NCBI RefSeq assembly: GCF_006345805.1
Contig: NW_021823676.1
Coordinates: forward strand, 1-21,423
Length of the DNA: 21,423 bases
Origin: Octopus sinensis
Taxonomy: Eukaryota
Reading direction: 5' to 3'
Part shown: positions 1-9,116 of the stretch, piece by piece
Layout of the letters: each line of letters begins with the position of its first letter
How positions within the stretch are numbered: the first letter of the stretch is position 1
The notes under the pieces: model-generated
Database searches by the model: none
What the model saw: only the letters and a program-made list of their open reading frames with translations
Told to the model about the DNA's origin: nothing
Translations under genes and position numbers: made by a program

Positions 1-284
1 CAAACCAAAGAAATGATTGTTATTTCCAAAAATCAGAGTTGTATTCCATAGATAACTAAGCCATGAGTGACTGCATTGTGTACCGGGTCGCTACAGCTTT
101 GGGGAAAATGGTAATATTGTGTACTGCGTCGGTTTTAAGGTCATTTAATGGCAAACTATACCAGCATAGGGCACTTTCAAACGCTTCCAAAGAAAATATA
201 ACACTGGTCTTGAAGTATATATGGTAAAATGAAAGACATGGGTGAATTTGCAGACTGTACAACTTGTCCATTAAATGTAACAAA

Positions 285-450
285 AACATAAAAGTGTCAT
301 ATGTGTATCATACTTAATGCAGATACATCATGAAAAAAATTAACTGCGGTATACGTCCGAGATTTGAAGAAAGTATTGCATTTAAAAGTACAAATGTAGC
401 AGGAATGCGAGATGCACATTTCTGCCTCTTTGGATTTCATCAGCACCCGC
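285..450 (-). mobile_element. Decayed short repeat carrying a hammerhead-like motif, copy A (putative Penelope terminal-repeat/retrozyme-like family)
   Basis: Minus strand reads CTGATGA (443-437), 14 nt, GAAATGTGCATC, then CGGAC-N6-CGCAG (361-344) and a tail that aligns by eye with 780-860 on the + strand. Confidence 0.55.
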
Positions 451-650
451 TGGTAATCGCATGCCGAGACAAAAGCGGCCGTCACTGATATAGAAAACCA
501 GTGTTCGAAAAAGCACTAATATTGCAATTAACTGGTCGACTGAATAAAAATTCGTTATGCGCAACAAAAATAGTATTAGTTTAAAATGGTAATTTGTATG
601 TTATACTTGATGCAAATATAACAGGGAAAGAGTGCAGTTAGCAGCTAATA

Positions 651-860
651 AATGCTGCTGACGAAGACCCATAACGGAGAAATGCCGCGCATCAAGCATT
701 GCTTGGAACTGGTTCTGGACGATTTCCGTCTGCTACTGATATAATTTTGTATTATTTAACACCGTACGTCCATAAGAGATAATTCCGGACAAATATCGCA
801 GTTAATTTGGCTTTCTGTAATGTATGTGCATTGAGTATAATATACAGATGACTATTTTAA
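651..860 (+). mobile_element. Decayed short repeat carrying a hammerhead-like motif, copy B
   Basis: CTGACGA (658-664), 14 nt, GAAA (679-682); helix III AUGC/GCAU; UC at 692-693; helix I AAUGCU/AGCAUU. CGGAC-N6-CGCAG at 786-801. Homologous to 285-450 in inverted orientation. Confidence 0.55.
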
Positions 861-887
861 CTTATACTGCTTCTGTTGCCCATAACA

Positions 888-938
888 AATCGAAATCCCA
901 ATCTTACTATCATGAGTCCTAACCACTAAGCCATACGC

Positions 939-940
<2 letters not shown>
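888..940 (-). mobile_element. Truncated tRNA-derived SINE head
   Basis: Reverse complement AGGCGTATGGCTTAGTGGTTAGGACTCATGATAGTAAGATTGGGATTTCGATT has an A-box (TGGCTTAGTGG) and a B-box-like end, and resembles the head of the SINE at 3216-3586. Confidence 0.5.

Positions 941-982
<42 letters not shown>
941..982. repeat. (CA)n microsatellite
   Basis: Perfect AC dinucleotide run. Confidence 0.95.
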
Positions 983-985
<3 letters not shown>

Positions 986-989
986 TGTA

Positions 990-1182
990 TGGAGCAGCAT
1001 AGTTTAGTATTCAGGGTGCTGGATTCATGCTGGACTAATGATCGAAACGTTGTGGTTTCGATTCTTGGACAGCGCAATGTGTTGTGTTCTCGAGCAAATT
1101 ATTTCCTTTCATGCCGTTCCAACTCATCCGGCAAGCAAACATGAGTAATCTTGCGACAGACCGGCGTCCCGTCCAGGTGGAC
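990..1182 (+). mobile_element. Old tRNA-derived SINE with CORE-like central domain
   Basis: B-box-like GGTTTCGATTC; central segment similar to 2118-2180; 3' GACAGACCGGCGTCCCGTCCAGG; ends in (TA)n. Confidence 0.65.
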
Positions 1183-1184
1183 GT

Positions 1185-1220
<36 letters not shown>

Positions 1221-1368
1221 AATGTATGAATGAATTATCCTTTGTTTACCGTTAACATAGAAAATTCAATAAACAGTCACCAGGGTAGCAAAATCATGCA
1301 AGTAGCAAGGATGTAGCGACCTATTCAAAGGTAGAAACTCCGGGTTAATGTGCAGTAATTTGTATAGT

Positions 1369-1654
1369 ATCACTTATATGAGCTAAAGGTATATTTCTAC
1401 CAGTGCTTACATTTGTAAGATCGCTCTATAAGTGTGTTAACAAGGTGATTCTTAGAGAAGAGAATATGGAAGAGTTCAGAGTTGCAAATGTTACGAATTC
1501 CTTTGCCCTTATCATAAGGGAAAGATATGGACAGGATGAACCAATCTAACTTAAAATCTTTATTGTTGTTTTTAAGATACCAAACCAATTTACTTAGAGC
1601 GATCTTACAAATGTAAACACCGGCAGAAACATACCTTCAGCTCATATAAGTGAT
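1369..1654. repeat. 60-bp inverted repeat (arms 1369-1428 and 1595-1654, 55/60 identical) around a 166-bp spacer; MITE-like or hairpin locus
   Basis: Left arm aligned base by base with the reverse complement of the right arm: five transition mismatches, no gaps. Confidence 0.9.
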
Positions 1655-1922
1655 TTTTACCAGTCTTTATAGTTTGAACATTTAGTTCAACTTGCACTTT
1701 ACTTCAATAGAGAAATCTACTTCCAAGCCTTTGAACATTTTTTAAACTAATATACCCCTCTTTATTTGTTCTCTACTTATTATTTCTTTATCCTTTCTCT
1801 TTCTAGGGTCTGCCCTTGATGTCGAATCTACTAACGGTTTTTTAAAAATACTTAATAGCGTTCTGTTTATCATTTATGCCGCCATCAAAATAGTTATAAT
1901 GTCTTGTTGTTGAGATAGGTTC

Positions 1923-2019
1923 TCTTTCTTTCCTGATGAGAAGACTGCATTATTTTACACAGTTTATTCATTTGGAATAAACCAATGTTGTCTTCGAAAC
2001 ATATGTCGAAAGTAAAAGA
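1923..2019 (+). ncRNA. Type I hammerhead ribozyme with intact catalytic core
   Basis: CUGAUGA 1933-1939; helix II GAAGAC/GUCUUC (1940-45/1990-95) with further extension; GAAA 1996-1999; helix III AC-AUAU-GU (palindrome ACATATGT); GUC cleavage triplet 2005-2007; helix I CUUUC/GAAAG plus UCUUU/AAAGA after a 2-nt bulge. Confidence 0.85.
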
Positions 2020-2115
2020 ATTTGAATAACATCTGCGTTCAACTCAATTTATTTACTTATATATATATATATTTATGTCACAGAATCCGGGAACCTATGA
2101 CTCAGGAACGACCTT

Positions 2116-2366
2116 TGGTCCTTGAACAAGACACTTTATTTCACGTTGCTCCAGTTCACTCAGCTAGCAAAAATGAGCTGTACTTGTAATTGAAAGGGGG
2201 GGGGGCTGCCTTGTCACACTCTGTGTCACGCTGAATCTCCCTGAGAACTACTTTAAGGGCACACGTGTGTGTGGAGTGCTCAGCCACTTGCACATCAATT
2301 TCATGAGCAGGCTGTTCCGTTGATCGGATCAACTGGAATCCTCGTCGTCATAACCGAAGGAGTGCC
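2116..2366 (+). mobile_element. 5'-truncated SINE (CORE-like domain plus 3' tail shared with the 3216-3586 SINE)
   Basis: GTCCTTGAACAAGACACTTTATTTCACGTTGCTCCAG core; 2180-2366 aligns closely with the reverse complement of 3221-3390. Confidence 0.85.
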
Positions 2367-2373
2367 AGTTCAA

Positions 2374-2426
2374 TGTATGTGTGTGTTTGTGTGCGTGTAT
2401 GTGTGTGTGTGCGTGCGTGCGTGTAT

Positions 2427-2458
<32 letters not shown>

Positions 2459-2480
2459 ATGTGTGTGTGTGTGTGTGGTG
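2374..2480. repeat. (TG)n compound microsatellite
   Basis: TG/TGCG/TATG run directly after the SINE tail. Confidence 0.95.
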
Positions 2481-2484
2481 TGTT

Positions 2485-2670
2485 CGTATAAAGTCATTTT
2501 TTAAAACCCATGCGAATGAATTTAGACATGGTTAGACGTTCTGCTGCGGAAAGAGTCCGAGGAGAAAATTTTTCTCTTAAGCCTGTCTGAAAACACATTT
2601 TGGTCTGTGAATAATGTCACCGGATCGTATCACGCATGCATTTCTGCGTCTTTTCACTTCGTCAGCTATG
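2485..2670 (-). mobile_element. Decayed short repeat carrying a hammerhead-like motif, copy C
   Basis: Minus strand reads CTGACGA (2665-2659), 14 nt, GAAATGCATG; CGGAC-N6-CGCAG at 2561-2544; 3' end abuts the (CA)n/(TG)n array. Confidence 0.5.
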
Positions 2671-3012
2671 GAAACCAGATCAGTAACTCATAGCTCGATA
2701 AGATTAAATTGTTCTTATTAAAACTGCATCCGGTAAGTTTTGGAATATGCGTAAAGCTTGGTCGAGCTAGAACTAAATAAAGTCGCATGAAGCGATGTTG
2801 AATGAAACAACGTCATATTTAAACATTCGAGTGTATTCGGACGCGATTAGACCTTCTGCTGTGGATTATAATGTTTTCATAATGTTTAAACAGAATTTTC
2901 TCCCGAGAATATCGCTGCAGGGGACGATCTAATAACACCCGAATGCACCCGAACACATTTAATATGACTTTACACGAATATATTTTACTCAACGCTGCTT
3001 TGCGAGACATTA

Positions 3013-3165
3013 TACACACGCACGCACACACACACACACCACACACACACCGCATACACACACACCACACACACACGCATCACACCACACACACACACAC
3101 ACCACAAACATACACACACCACACACACCACACACACTCACACACAAACACACGCACGTATAAAC
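3013..3165. repeat. (CA)n compound microsatellite
   Basis: Imperfect CA/CCACA run. Confidence 0.95.
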
Positions 3166-3215
3166 ATATTCGAGTTCATAATTATCATTAGAAAGACATT
3201 TCTTTGAGAGATTAT

Positions 3216-3586
3216 GGGAAGCACTCTGTCGGTTACGACGACGAGGGTTCCGGAATAGCCTGCTCGTGAAATTAACGTGTAAGTGGCTGAGCACTCCACA
3301 GACACGTGTACCCTTAACGTAGTTTTCGGGGATATTCAGCGTGACACAGAGAGTGACAAGTCCGGCCCCTTGAAACACAGGTACAACAGAAACAGGAAGT
3401 AAGAGTGAGAGAAAGTTGTGGTGGAAGAGTACAGCAGGGATCACCACCATCCCCTGCCGGAGCCTCGTGGAGCTTTTAGGTGTTTTCGCTCAATAAACAC
3501 TCACAACGCCCGGTCTGGGAATCGAAACCGCGATCCTATGACCGCGAGTCCGCTACCCTAACCACTGGGCCATTGCGCCTCCACTC
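3216..3586 (-). mobile_element. Full-length tRNA-derived SINE with 10-bp target-site duplication
   Basis: Head GGAGGCGCAATGGCCCAGTGGTTAGGG...GGTTTCGATTCCC has A and B boxes; TSD GAGAGATTAT at 3206-3215 and 3587-3596. Confidence 0.92.
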
Positions 3587-4306
3587 GAGAGATTATCTTC
3601 TGTAATGTTATGAGAGTCACTCTTTTGAGTGGCGCTATACATCAGAGGATCGTAGAATTATATTGTGGAGGCAAAGCGGTGATGGACTGAAAAATCGAAG
3701 AAGTTTGAGAATAATTGCTTTAGAAGAATCTCACCTGCCATAGAACGGCGTTTTACCTGAAAGAAATGCGGTTTTGACTGGCATAAACTTCTGTTGCTTA
3801 CGAAAATATTAATCTTTGTTTCCTTGTTCCTGTTTGGTTTGAAGACAAGTTTCAGTTCCACCAAAGTACGCAGATTGTTCAATGCGATTAATCCATGTAG
3901 AAAGGAAGGAGCCTCACCATAATCCTTCAGTGCCTGGGAAAACCGGCACTAATAGACATTTGTATGCGGAGATGGAAGATGAAGTTAGTTTTTGATAGAG
4001 CTAGAATCACCGTCCCAGCGTAGGCTTCAAACTATCACATTTGATGGCAGATATGATGTACGTTTATCCAAAAATGTCAACTTCCCCACCCTGCACCCTG
4101 TATGCGAAGTTGGGATCCTTTAATGCATCAAAAATTACTTTTTCGTCAATAAATGCTGATGAAAGTGAAGTGACATAGAATTTTGATGCATTTGATGTTT
4201 ATACAAAATGATATTTTGGGGCGTTCAACCGCAGTCTACGGTCTTATACACCATGAGTCCGAATTAGGTTGGATGTGCGAACAAAGGCTGCATTTGGTCG
4301 CTAATA

Positions 4307-4308
<2 letters not shown>

Positions 4309-4393
<85 letters not shown>
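4309..4393. repeat. (TA)n microsatellite
   Basis: Perfect AT run of about 85 bp. Confidence 0.97.
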
Positions 4394-4396
<3 letters not shown>

Positions 4397-4528
4397 TTTT
4401 GCTTGTTTCAGTGATTTGACTGCAGCCATGCTGGAACACTGCCTTTAGTTCAGCAAATCGACCCCAGGTATTATTCTTTTGAAGCACATTAGCATTGGTT
4501 GTCAAGCGATTGTTGGGGGACAAAAACA

Positions 4529-4564
<36 letters not shown>

Positions 4565-4749
4565 CTCTCTCTCTCTCTCTCCACACACACACGATGGACT
4601 TCTTTCAGTTTCCGTCAACCATATCCACTCACAAGGCTTTAGTCAGCCCGAGGGTATAGTAGAAGACCCTTGCCCAAGGTGACAGGTAGTGGAATTGAAC
4701 CCATAACCATGTGGTTGGTAAGCAAGGTACTTACCACACAGCCACTCCT
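4394..4749 (-). mobile_element. tRNA-derived SINE, second family (copy 1, with internal deletion and internal microsatellite)
   Basis: Head AGGAGTGGCTGTGTGGTAAG...GGTTCAATTCC (A and B boxes); colinear with 9207-9586. Confidence 0.9.
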
Positions 4750-4802
4750 ACTATATATACATATACATACATATATATACATACACACACACAACACACC
4801 AC

Positions 4803-4885
<83 letters not shown>

Positions 4886-4886
4886 G
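4750..4886. repeat. (TA)/(CA) compound microsatellite
   Basis: Direct reading. Confidence 0.95.
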
Positions 4887-5045
4887 GGAGAGTTTACGAA
4901 AAAAACAAAAGACGAAGACTGGTGGTGTACAAAACAAACAGATGTATTAGTATAACGCTCAGGAATAGAAAAAAGTCTTTTACGTTTCGAGCCTACGCTC
5001 TTCTACAGAAAGGGACACAGAAAAAACAAGGAGAGAAAAAATGTG
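4887..5045 (-). mobile_element. Short Penelope terminal-repeat-like element with minimal hammerhead-like motif (core CUGUAGA)
   Basis: Minus 5012-4977: CUUU CUGUAGA A GAGC-GUAG-GCUC GAAA CG UA AAAG; downstream TTCCTGAGCGT...TAATAC shared with 7112-7285; ends in (TA)n. Confidence 0.6.
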
Positions 5046-5106
5046 TGTAGTGGCTAACGATCTATCATGGTGACTGACTCGGACAGAAGGGTCACACACG
5101 AGAGGG

Positions 5107-5180
5107 AAAGTGAAGATATATATATATATATGTATGTATTAAAAAGTGAAGATATATATATATATATGTATGTATTAAAA
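5107..5180 (+). repeat. Exact 36-bp tandem duplication
   Basis: AAAGTGAAGA(TA)nTGTATGTATTAA occurs twice with period 36. Confidence 0.9.
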
Positions 5181-5699
5181 ATATTTAATCAATTAGAAAT
5201 TACAATGAAATGAGATAAATGATTTAATTTAATAAATGTTTTAGTCAAGAAACTAAGGGAGATAATCCAGTTCCGAAATTGATTAAAAATTGAATGGAAG
5301 CGTTGTGTGGAGTGAGTCCAATGTTTGGCAAGAACAGTGACGATTGTAGCGACCTCTCGCAACCGGTGCTACGTTGCTTCCCTAATTACCAAATTGCCCG
5401 CCTCATTAAAATTGGCACACATCGACATATAGCCCCCCCCATCCACTGAAGTCTTGCTTTTTACCTCCATCATGATTTGTGCGCCATGTTGTTCGTAATA
5501 TATATTTGCTTACATCAACATCGCCATGTTGCCTGACATCAGTATATTTATTGTTTACAAGGTCGAGTTAACATCACGATCTTGCTTACAGCAGCGTCGA
5601 TTTTATCAGCCCACTGAAATCAAAACAAGCCTCACTCACCCACTCATTCACCCACTCACTCACTCACTTACACCCACTCTCTCTCGCGTTCTCTTTCTC

Positions 5700-6050
5700 T
5701 CCCTATACGTACGTACATACATACAGAAACAAACACACACACATATATATATGCATATATGTGTGTATATATATATATATTATATATTATATATATATAT
5801 ACGTAATATATATATTATATATATATGTATATATAATTATATATATGTGTGTATACATATATGTATATAACGTATTTTATATGTATATATAATATATATA
5901 ATTATATATATGTGTGTGTGTGTATACACATATAACGTGTTTTATATGTATTAATAATATATATTGTGTATCTTTTTATATGTGTATAAGTATTTTCGTT
6001 ATATATGCATGCATACACACACACACATATGTATATATTCTTTATTTTTC
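5700..6050. repeat. Compound TA/TG/CA microsatellite field
   Basis: Direct reading. Confidence 0.9.
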
Positions 6051-6089
6051 TATATACAACTATAAAGTGAACTGTAGATAAGGCAACAT

Positions 6090-6600
6090 ACTACTTTACC
6101 TAACGAAATTAGAAAGAAAGAAAAAATCGAATATCTTTAATGTAAAGAATACAAGTGAAAGAATAACATTGAAAGCATAATCATTGCTTATAAGTCCACA
6201 CCTGAAGAAGTAGCAGAGTTTGCCGGGTAAAAGAGAGAACCGAAGCAGAAGAATGAAGAATAAATGGCGAAAGAAAGAAGGAGACGAAAGAAAGAGGAAT
6301 ATTGATGAAGAATGAGAATGAAATTGTAAAGGCAAAAGAAGAATGAAAAATGAAGAAAGAAGAAAACGATGATGAAAGAGGTAAAGAATATGGAAAAAGA
6401 AGAAAAGGAAGAATGAGGAGGAAGAATAACAGATGGAAAAAAAAGGAAGGAAATATAGGGGAAAGAAGACGGATATCAGTAAATAAGTTGAAGTATAAAA
6501 ACGCCAGCAAGAATGTTATGGCCATGTGATAAAATGAAGTAGGTAAGATTGGCGGATAAGATAGAAGTGGGGAATAGGGAGAGGGCGGGGAGGGAACGTG
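6090..6600 (+). repeat. Purine-rich (GAA/GA) low-complexity tract
   Basis: Strong A+G strand bias; the overlapping ORFs are F/L/S-rich compositional artefacts. Confidence 0.75.
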
Positions 6601-6609
6601 TGTATAACG

Positions 6610-7015
6610 CATGCGCACACACTTTTATATACACATATACATTGTAATATTCACATACATACATGATGGTAAACACATAAAATACGCACACACATGTATG
6701 TATATATGTGCATCTATATATATATAACACATATACACACGCGTGCAGATATATATAAGCATACACACCATATATATATATATACACGCACATATATATC
6801 TATATATATATATTATATATATATATATATATATTATATAATATACTTAAACTTCTATCTTGCTCACATTTGACTATAACAATCGTTTATCTTCATACAT
6901 TCATATTTGTATGTATATATGTGGCGTGTGTGTGTATGTATGTCTGTGTGTCTATAAGCAATATATGCATATTTCAATGCAATACACACAAACGCATACA
7001 TATATTCATACTATA

Positions 7016-7054
<39 letters not shown>

Positions 7055-7110
7055 TATATATACACACAAACATATTCATATATACTATTAAATCTGTGTA
7101 TATATATAAT
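6610..7110. repeat. Compound TA/CA/TG/CT microsatellite field
   Basis: Direct reading. Confidence 0.9.
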
Positions 7111-7111
7111 A

Positions 7112-7285
7112 TATTTTTTTCCCTCTGTCTTCCCTTCTCTGGATCTTTCCTTCTCCTATGTTTCCGACGAAGAGCTCTGCTCGAAACGTTAAAACCCTCC
7201 TTCTTTCCTGAGCGTCCAATAATACTATATTTGTTCTACGTCCTCGTTGTGTGTTTTTTTTTGCTTTCTTGTTTGGATTAACTTT
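7112..7285 (+). mobile_element. Short Penelope terminal-repeat-like element with minimal hammerhead-like motif (core CCGACGA)
   Basis: 7161-7195: UUU CCGACGA A GAGC-UCU-GCUC GAAA CG UU AAAAC; homologous to 4887-5045; flanked by (TA)n on both sides. Confidence 0.6.
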
Positions 7286-7708
7286 ATATATATATATTAT
7301 ATATATTATTATAATATATATATGTATATATATAACATTATATGCATATTTATATATCAGAAACACATACATAATTATACTTGCATAAATACATGTATAC
7401 ACAAACACACATATATGGCACATACAATTGAGAAAGCGAGATTTCAGTCCATGGTTGTAGAGTATAAACTTTTCCTTTACTGCATTTGACGAGGCGTTCC
7501 TTAAAGTTTCTCGTTTGCGAATGACGCACAATGATAAACCGTTATTCCGTTATTGAATTACACAAAGTACATTGATGAAAGCAAAGAAGGCTATATACGT
7601 AAATTCTGCCGCATTTGGTTGAGCCGCATGATGGCTTTTAAGCTTAGTTATTGAGATATTAGGTCATCAAGTAGGAAATTTGTAGAAAATAAAAAAAAAG
7701 TTTGCTAA

Positions 7709-8105
7709 TCTTTATATATAAAAATGTAGTTGTGTGTCTGTCTCCACCGATTTAGATTCCTAACTACTCCCACATTGTGCGGTGCAGTTTAACCAAAAGC
7801 GAGTATCTTATAGTCGTGATTTATATCGAGCCCTTCTGGGTATTAGCGCGCGTCTACGATGAGTCTACGATTTAAAAAAAAATTACCATTAATTTTTCCC
7901 ATTTTTAATGCATTTTCGCTCGGTTTATATAAGAGAAGTAACTCTCTAAAAATGTATTATTAAATCTCAGAACGTGAAAAGCTACAGTAACACCCCCCTC
8001 TTTGTGGTTAGCCATATTGAGATGGCTATTATACTTTACATCTTTAAAAATGCTTATATAGTTATTTCCCTTACAAACCCGAGCAACGCCGGGTGATACT
8101 GCTAG
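7709..8105 (+). mobile_element. Non-autonomous Helitron inserted in the mariner
   Basis: 5' TC (TCTTTATATATAAAA), 3' hairpin CCCGAGCAACGCCGGG (8078-8093) followed by CTAG (8102-8105); inserted between A7708 and T8106 with no TSD. Confidence 0.85.
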
Positions 8106-8130
8106 TGTTTTATAAATACAAGGAATAATT

Positions 8131-9116
8131 ATATTCATCAAAGTATACACCCATATTGTCAATACACTTTTGCCATTTCAGCGGTAGCTTGTCCACCCCG
8201 GAGTCAATAAAATCTTGGAAGCCTTGTTTTACAGCATCGTCGGAATTAAATTTTTTCCTATCAAAAAGTTATCTAAATTTTGGAAGAAGTGGTAGTCAGT
8301 GGGGGCAAGATCAGGTGAGCATGGTGGATGATGGAGACTGCCAACTCCAACTCCTGTAGTTTCGTCAATTCATTTTTGCGATATTTGGTCTGGCGTGTTA
8401 TAGCAATAAAATAGGAGTGGATCTGTTTGGCTAATCTAGGCTGATTTTTTTGTACGTTTCTGCATCATTTGGTCAGTATACTTTAGTATACTTTGGCCAT
8501 AATTGATGAGTCAGGTTTAATGAAATCATAATGGGTCACACCTGAGCCAGACCACCAAAAACACTATCAGCTTCTTTTGATGAATTTTGCTTTTTGGACT
8601 GTGTTTTGGTGGCTCATCTTTGTCCAACCATTGTCCTGGACGTTTACGGTTGTTGTATTGGATCCATTTCTCATCACATGTTACAATTCGATTCAAAAAT
8701 GATTCATTTTTGCGACGAGAAAGTAGCATAATACAGGCTTCCAAACGTTGCTGTTTCCGATTTTCATTGAGTTCATGTGGAACCCACTTATCCATCTTTT
8801 TCACTTTACCGATTTGAACTAGGTGAGTCAATATTGTTTGCTTGTTAACACCAAGCCACAACGATAATTCACGGGCATTTTGAGATTGATCTGACTCGAC
8901 GGTGGCTTTCAGTTAGTCATTATCCACCTTTGTTTCTGGTCAACCGCATTACTCATTTGTGAGGTCAAAGTTACAAGAACGAAACTTTGCAAACCTATTT
9001 GATACTGTCTGCTGTGTAATAACATTAGAATGAAATACACAATTAATATTCCGAGCTGTCTGTGATGCTGTATTTCCAAGGAAGAACTCTTATTTCAAGA
9101 CTGTACGAATTTCCAT
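8131..9116 (-). pseudogene. Mariner transposase pseudogene (multiple stops and frameshifts)
   Basis: N-terminal HTH remnant (MEIRTVLK*EFFLGNTASQTARNIN), WVPHEL, IVTCDEKW (first catalytic D), CSPDLAPTDYHFF (YSPDLAP motif, third D), C-terminus KWQKCIDNMGVYFDE. Confidence 0.92.

Noticed and set aside
1700-1765. Peptide NREIYFQAFEHF.KLIYPSL upstream of the intact hammerhead, reminiscent of a GIY-YIG C-terminus
   Set aside because: Too short, requires a frameshift, and the similarity is only impressionistic.
2818-2962. Weak 34-bp inverted repeat (2818-2851 vs 2928-2962)
   Set aside because: Only about 65-70% identity with gaps in AT-rich sequence; no TSD; cannot be separated from chance.
3490-3582. 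SINE heads (also 4690-4749 and 9525-9586) as tRNA genes
   Set aside because: They have A and B boxes but continue into SINE bodies and lack a full cloverleaf acceptor stem.
4150-4200. CTGATGA at about 4156 and CTGAAGA at about 6202 as hammerhead cores
   Set aside because: No helix II and no correctly placed GAAA; these 7-mers are expected by chance.
3600-4300. Higher-complexity stretch with short open frames (for example FIDEKVIFDALKDPNFAYRVQGGEVDIFG on minus)
   Set aside because: Frames are interrupted by stops, no motif was recognised, and there are no clear splice signals. BLASTx would be needed.
5370-5420. Cluster of TAATTA/TCATTAA homeodomain-like sites suggesting an enhancer
   Set aside because: Such motifs are common in AT-rich DNA, and no conservation data are available.
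6090-6618. 145-aa hydrophobic ORF on minus as a membrane protein
   Set aside because: The F/L/S/I content follows from the pyrimidine-rich strand of a GA-rich low-complexity tract.
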